Assembly: GCF_006345805.1 (NCBI RefSeq)
Contig: NC_043000.1
Span: forward strand, 85,560,001 to 85,624,000
Direction of reading: 5' to 3'
DNA: 64,000 nucleotides
Origin: Octopus sinensis
Lineage: Eukaryota
Within the stretch, counting starts at the first letter, position 1; every line of letters begins with the position of its first letter. Below, piece by piece: positions 58,079-64,000 of this stretch. Below the pieces are notes generated by a model. It was not told the DNA's origin, ran no database searches, and saw only the letters and a program-made list of their open reading frames with translations. The position numbers were made by a program, and so were the translations under genes.

Positions 58079-59863
58079 GAGATGCAGTTTGGTTTTGTGC
58101 TAGGCAGAAGCACCACTGATGCTATATTTCTGGTATGGCAACTGCAGGAGAAATATCTAGCCACAGATACACCTCTCCACCTGGATTTTGTTTACTTGGA
58201 GAAAACTTCTAACAGGGTCCTCCAATCCTTTATCTGGTGATCAATAGAAAAACTGGGGATAGATGAGTGGTTGGTAAGAGCTGTACAAGCCCTAAACAGG
58301 GATGCTGTTAGTAAGGTGAGGGTTTGCAGCAAGTATAGTGGAGAATTCCAGGTAGAAGTAGGGGTTGACCAATGATCAGTCCTCAGCCCTCTCATATTCA
58401 TTATATTCCTCCAGGCAATAAAAGAGGAATTCAAGACAGACTGCCCTTGGGAGCTCCTCTGTGCTGATGACCTTGTTCTAATAGCCCAGACGCCGCCAGA
58501 TCTAGAGACAAAGTTTAGGGTGTGGAAGCAAGGTCTAGAATTGAAGGGCCTTAGGGTTAACCTAGCAAAAACCAAAGTCTTAGTAAGTAGGAAGGCTGAC
58601 AAATCACAAACCCCCTCGGGGGCCCTGCTCAATCTGAAGGAAAGGCTTGGGTACAAACTCCTTACAATGTACCTGGTGTAAGCTATGCACACATAAAAGG
58701 TGCAGCAATATCAAAGGTTAACCAGGAAGATAGTTTTCTCATGTGACATATGCACAGAGGCAATAAACACTGAAGATGTTTAAAAAGCAGATGCCATCAC
58801 ATGCCAGAGGGAAAACCTAGAAGCAGTTCATAGCTTCCGCTACCTAGGCAACTAAGTCTGTACTTGGGGTGGTTGCTCTGAGAATGTAGCAGCTAGAATA
58901 AGTATAGCCTGGGCAAACTTCAGGGAGCTCCTATCTCTGCTGGCAACTAAAAGCCTCTTGCTCAGGATGAAAGGTACACTGGATGACGCATGTGTGTGAA
59001 CTGCCATGTAGCAAAGCAGTGAAACATGGGACATGACTGCTGAGGACATGCGTAGGCTTGAAAGAAATGAAGCTAGTATGATTCGCCAGATGTGTAATAT
59101 CAGTGTGCATGCACAACAGAGTGTAAGCACCCTGCGAGAAAAGTTGGACATAAGAAACATCAAATGTGGTGTGCAAGAGAGACAGCTGTGCTGGTATGGT
59201 CATGTGTTATGTATGGTTGAGGACAGCTGTGTGAGGAAGTGCCACACCTTAACTGTGGAAGGAACCTGTGGAAGAGCTAGATCCAGGAAGACATGGGATG
59301 AGGTGGTGAGGCATGACCTTCAAACATTGCCCCTCACAGAGGGAATGACAGGAGTCTGTGATCTTGGGAGATATGCAATGATCGAGAAGGCCCAGTCTCC
59401 TCTGACTAGCTCCTGTGCTGGTGGCATGTAAAAAACACCAAACGAACGTGGTTGATGCCATGTCTGTTTGACTGGCTCTCGTGCCAGTGACACATAAAAA
59501 GCACACCATCTGAACATGGTTGATGCCAGTACCCCCTGACTGGTTCCCATGCTGGTGGCATGCAAAAGGCACCATCCGAACATGATCAATGCCAGTACTC
59601 CCTGACTGGCTCCCATGTTGGTGGCATGTAAACAGCACTATCTGAATGTGATCAATGCCAGGCCTACCTAGCTGGCTCCTGTGCCGGTGTACATAAAAAG
59701 CACCCTCTAGACTCTCGGAGTGGTTGGCATTAGGAAGTACCTCCAGCTGTAGAAACATTACCAGATCAGATTGGAGCCTGGTGCAGCTGCTGGCTCTCCA
59801 GACCTCAGTCAGATCGTCCAACCCATTCAGGCATAGAAAACGGATGTTAAACAATGATCATGA
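58079..59863 (+). mobile_element. 5'-truncated RTE LINE (RT, C-terminus, 3' UTR)
   Basis: EMQFGFVLGRSTTDAIF...CPWELLCADDL...[16 protein letters not shown]...[12 protein letters not shown], then UTR repeats and GAT tail. Confidence 0.95.
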
Positions 59864-59894
59864 TATATGTCATTTCAAAATGTAACCACATGTA

Positions 59895-60055
59895 AAACGT
59901 TGGCGATTTTCTTCTTCCATCTTCCTTTCTATTAGACTTTCCTCTGTTTCTAAAGAAGAGTATTGGTCCAAGCGTTTAAACCATCTTTTGTTCCTTCCTG
60001 AGCATCTGCTAATACTTCACATGTACCATGTCCTCACAGTTTTTTTGGGATTCAC
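59895..60055 (+). mobile_element. Degenerate copy of the PLE-type pseudo-LTR repeat seen at 63150-63332
   Basis: TTGGCGATTTTCTT...GTTTCTAAAGAAGAG...CGTTTAAACC...TTCCTGAGC aligns with the reverse complement of 63150-63332. Confidence 0.6.
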
Positions 60056-60339
60056 TATATATATATACACACACAGACACATATACATGTGTGTGTGTGT
60101 GTATTTCTATATATATTAGGAAAAATAAGGTACTCAGAAATCTGGATGGTTATACATTTACACATTTTTATTAATATATCACATGTTTTTATAAATCATA
60201 TAATAGTACTTACATCTACTCTAGTAGATTCTTCAGATTTGAATTTTTTGAGGAGATTCATCTCCTATTATAGTGTTATTGAGTGTGTAGGGTGGAGAGA
60301 GATATAGGATAGTAAAAGAGGGTGAGGAATGGGGAGAAA

Positions 60340-60815
60340 GTGAGAGTGTGTGTGTGCCTGTGTATCTGAAAGGAGTGTCAATGAAAAAGAGAAGGAAAGA
60401 AAGGAAGAAAGAAAGAAGAAAAAATGTGTTTGCATCTATACAGCTGGTCAGTTCTTTCAGTAGAAAGTGATGAGTTGATTCTTGGCCTTTAAAAATGGCA
60501 AAACCAGGTGGCTACTCCAAGGATGGGGTCTTGTTTTGATAAAAGTTATTTTTCAAAAAATTGTCTGGATTTATCATCGTCATCATCATTGTCCAATGAG
60601 AGAGAGAGAGAGAAAGTGTGTGGGTGTGTGCCTGTATATCTGAAAGGAGTGTCAATGGAAAAGTGAAGGGAAGGGAGAAAGGAAGAAAAAAAAATTGCTT
60701 ACATCTATACAGCTGTTCAGTTCTTTCAATGGAAGATGACAAGTTGGTTAATAAAAGTTATTTTTCAAAAAATTGTCTAGATTTATTATCATCATCATCA
60801 TCCTTGTCCAATGTT
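60340..60815. repeat. Old local tandem duplication (~260 and ~215 bp units)
   Basis: GTGTGCCTGT.TATCTGAAAGGAGTGTCAATG...CATCTATACAGCTG.TCAGTTCTTTCA...TAAAAGTTATTTTTCAAAAAATTGTCT occurs twice. Confidence 0.85.
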
Positions 60816-61204
60816 TGATTCCCATGCTGGTGTGGGTTGGAAAATCTGGATAAAAGATTGTTTCTATTTATGTATATGCACATATGTATAGTACTGTGTG
60901 TGTGTTTAATACAAAATTACAGTTTACCAAATTGGTCCTTCATCCTGTACAAATCATTACAGAAATAGTGATATTTCACCAGTCACAGCTAAATATAAAT
61001 TTATATATTTTTCAAGAGGAATGAAGATAAGAAACAATTCTTTACAAAAATGAAGATATGATGATGGGCAATAATGTACAAGGGAAAGTGTCTTGTGAAG
61101 GAGCTCAATGAAACAGATATGCATGCAATTTCTTTGTACAGAGTACCTTATTTTTTCTAATATATAATACCTGTACATCACCTCCAAACTTTCTAATATA
61201 TTTC

Positions 61205-61242
<38 letters not shown>

Positions 61243-61244
<2 letters not shown>

Positions 61245-61447
61245 CGAGGTCATTGCCAGTGCCGGTGGCACGTAAAAGCAACCACTACACTCTCGGAGTG
61301 GTTGGCGTTAATGAAGGGCATCCAGTTGTAGAAACTCTGCCAGATCAAGATTGAAGCCTGGTGCAGCCATCTGGTTCGCCAGCCCTCAGTCATACGTCCA
61401 ACCCATGCTAGCATAGAAAGCGGACGTTAAACGATGATGATGATGAT
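61243..61447 (+). mobile_element. Young detached 3' end of RTE LINE family within (TA)n
   Basis: GTGCCGGTGGCACGTAAAAGC...GGACGTTAAAC(GAT)n, flanked on both sides by TA-rich repeats. Confidence 0.92.
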
Positions 61448-61500
61448 ATATACATACAGATATACATATATATATATGTATGTATAGATATACATGCATG

Positions 61501-61533
<33 letters not shown>

Positions 61534-61604
61534 GCATGTATATATATATATGTATGTGTATGTATATATATATATATGTATATATGTATGTATATATATA
61601 TATG

Positions 61605-61644
<40 letters not shown>

Positions 61645-61711
61645 TGTATGTATATATATATGTATATATATGTATGTATGTATATGTATGTATATATGTA
61701 TGTATATATGT

Positions 61712-61752
<41 letters not shown>

Positions 61753-61755
61753 TAT
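61447..61755. repeat. Compound (TA)/(TATG) microsatellite
   Basis: Direct reading. Confidence 0.95.
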
Positions 61756-63150
61756 CATCATCATCATCGTTTAACGTCCGTTCTCCATGCTAGCATGGGT
61801 TGGACGGTTCGACCGGGGATCTGGGAAGCCAGAAGGCTGCACCAGGCTCCGGTCTTATCTAGCAACGTTTCTACAGCTGGATGCCCTTCCTAACGCCAAC
61901 CACTCTGTGAGTGTAGTGGGTGCTTTTTACGTGCCACCTGCACTGGTGCCAGGCGAGGCTGGCATCGGCCACGGTCGGATTGGTGCATTTTATGGAAGCC
62001 AGTCGAGGCGGTACTGGCTTCAGCTACGATTCGGATGGTGCTTTTTACGTGCCACCGACACGGAAGCCAGTTGAGGCGGCGCTGGCATCGGCCACAATTC
62101 GGATAGTGCTTTTTACATACCTCCAGTCCCAGGGCCCTGGCATCTGCCAGGTGCTAGTCATAGGATTGGTTCAATTTCGATTCCGATTTTGATTTCACTT
62201 GCCCCAACAGGTCTTCGCAAGCAAGGGGGGTTGCCATAGGTGCCTGTCGTCGGATGAGGTTCGATATCGACTTTGCTTGCCTCAACAGGTCTTTGTGTGT
62301 CCAAGGGGGGAAAGGCATGCATAAATGGGCTGGACTCACTTGTCCTGCCTGGTCTTCTCACGCACAGCATATTTCCAAAGGTCTCGGTCGCTTTTCATTT
62401 CCTTAGTGAGACCCAAGGTTCGAAGGTCGTGCTTCACCACCTCGTCCCAGGTTTTCCTGGGTCTACCTCCTCCACGGGTTCCCTCAACTGCTAGGGATTG
62501 GCACTTTTTCACACACCTATCTTCATCCATTCTCGCCACATGACCATACCAGCACAATCGTCTCTCTTGCACACCACAACTGATGCTTCTTAGGTCCAAC
62601 ATTTCTCTCAGGGTACTAACGCTCTGTCGAGTATGCACGCTGACATTACACATCCATCGGAGCATACTGGCTTCATTCCTCGCGAGCTTACGCATGTCCT
62701 CAGCAGTCACGGCCTATGTTTCACTGCCATGTAGCATGGCTGTTCGTACACATGCATCATACAGTCTGCCTTTTACTCTGAGCGAGAGGCCTTTAGTTAC
62801 CAGCAGAGGTAAGAGCTCCCTAAACTTTGCCCAGGCTATTCTTATTCTAGCAGTTACACTTTCAATGTACCCACCCCCACTACTGACTTGGTCACCTAGA
62901 TAACGGAAGCTATCAACTACTTCTAAGTTTTTCCCCCTGGAAAGTGACGGAAGTTGTTTTCTGCAGATTTTCAGAGATTATTGCTCCTGAGCATCTGCCA
63001 CATACAAAAACTATCTTCCCAGTTAGCCTTCCTTTGACATTGCTGCACCTCTTATGTGTCCATAGCTTACACTGGGTGCATCTTATAGAGTTTCTACCTA
63101 CACCTTTTCTACAGATCGAGCAGGGCCATCTTCCTGAAGACATTTGTGAG
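61756..63150 (-). mobile_element. Young 5'-truncated RTE LINE (Cys-rich insert, C-terminus, 3' UTR)
   Basis: [32 protein letters not shown]...FVCGRCSG, then [29 protein letters not shown]...[14 protein letters not shown]. CpG-rich. Confidence 0.95.
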
Positions 63151-63332
63151 TTACTCCAAACATGAACAAAGAGGAAACACAACACAAGGACGTGGAACAA
63201 GTATAGTGTTATTGGACACTCAGGAAAGGAAAGAAAGAAGGATTTAACGTTTTGCGCAGAGCTCTTCATCAGAAACATAGAAAAAGGAAAGACAGAGAAA
63301 GAAAATCGCCAACGATACACACACGGTCATAT
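63150..63332 (-). mobile_element. PLE-type pseudo-LTR repeat with a degenerate minimal hammerhead
   Basis: The minus strand reads GTTT-CTGATGA-AGAGCTCTGCGC-AAAA-CG-TT-AAAT (63276 to 63242). Confidence 0.6.
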
Positions 63333-63924
63333 ATTGAACTTCTGTTACTGTAGAGAAAATTCTCTCTTATGGTAATAAGGTGTAAAAACACCATACCTGC
63401 TCAATTTTGCCATCTGTCAGGATTCCCAGACATCGATGTTTCTAGCTCCTTAGCTTTTATCAATGGGAAATACATGAGAGAGGCAACTCTGACCAGATCT
63501 TTTAAATCTATAGCTTTATCTAAAATACAGTCAACAACATTGACAGATTTGCGCCAGTAGACCACCAGGTTTTGGAAATTGCCGAAATATTAGCACCAAG
63601 CAGTGTTTAGGAATAAGCAAAGTTTAGATAAGTTGCTATATGGTTGTGACATATTTCAACTGCTCAAAGGCAAATTTACTGCAGTTACCATGGAGAAAAT
63701 TTTCTCTTATGGTAAAAAGGCACCTTTTAGTGGATTTCATGCACAGAAACTGAAAGAAGGCTGTCGTGTATATGTGTATATTTGTGTGTCTGTGTCTGTA
63801 CCCTCATCATTGCTTTACAACCAATGTTGCTGTGCTTACATCTCTGTAACTTAGTTGTTTGGTAAAACACACCGATAGAATAAGTACTAGGCTTACAAGG
63901 AATAAACTATGCCATTTTAATTCC

Positions 63925-63960
63925 AAGCAACGCCAGGTATCTTTGCTAGTATATTATATA
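63925..63960 (-). mobile_element. Possible 5' end of a Helentron-like element
   Basis: The reverse complement ATACTAGCAAAGATACCTGGCGTTG resembles the terminus at 55657. Confidence 0.35.
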
Positions 63961-64000
63961 TATTTTCCATTCCTTAACTCCTGTATTCTTATTTGCATGC

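Noticed and set aside
59405-59710. CRISPR-like array of partly palindromic GTGCCGGTGGCACGTAAAAAGCAC units (also 18590-18830, 26810-27060, 55330-55480, 61925-62120)
   Set aside because: The spacers are homologous to each other, there are no cas genes, and the array is the 3' UTR of an RTE LINE, contiguous with its ORF and (GAT)n tail.

Overview
AT-rich eukaryotic genomic DNA dominated by repeats. The repeat families, (TA)n microsatellites and gene homology point to a coleoid cephalopod, probably Octopus sp. (inference). One host gene is recognisable: the 5' part of ATG16L1 on the minus strand. Six coding exons (35926-36028, 24891-25005, 20478-20559, 10745-10818, 9926-10016, 7522-7682) join through GT-AG junctions into one open frame of 208 codons plus 2 nt, covering the ATG5-binding helix and the coiled coil. 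Later exons (WIPI2/FIP200 region, WD40) were not found and probably lie left of the window. Exon 1 and its upstream region sit in an ~870-bp tandem duplication. The rest is mostly transposon debris: RTE LINEs with many detached 3' ends, CR1/L2- and Tx1-type LINEs, Penelope-like fragments, several tRNA-derived SINE families, Tc1/mariner relics, a Helentron-like element and a Sola3-like transposase remnant. The most unusual observations are three repeat types with hammerhead-ribozyme folds (one in a ~490-bp foldback just upstream of ATG16L1 exon 4), a mariner whose 3' part is inverted between inverted duplications, a 34-bp intronic hairpin, and a uORF overlapping the ATG16L1 start codon. No prokaryotic system, CRISPR array or bona fide tRNA gene is supported. 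All alignments were done by eye, and repeat boundaries are approximate.
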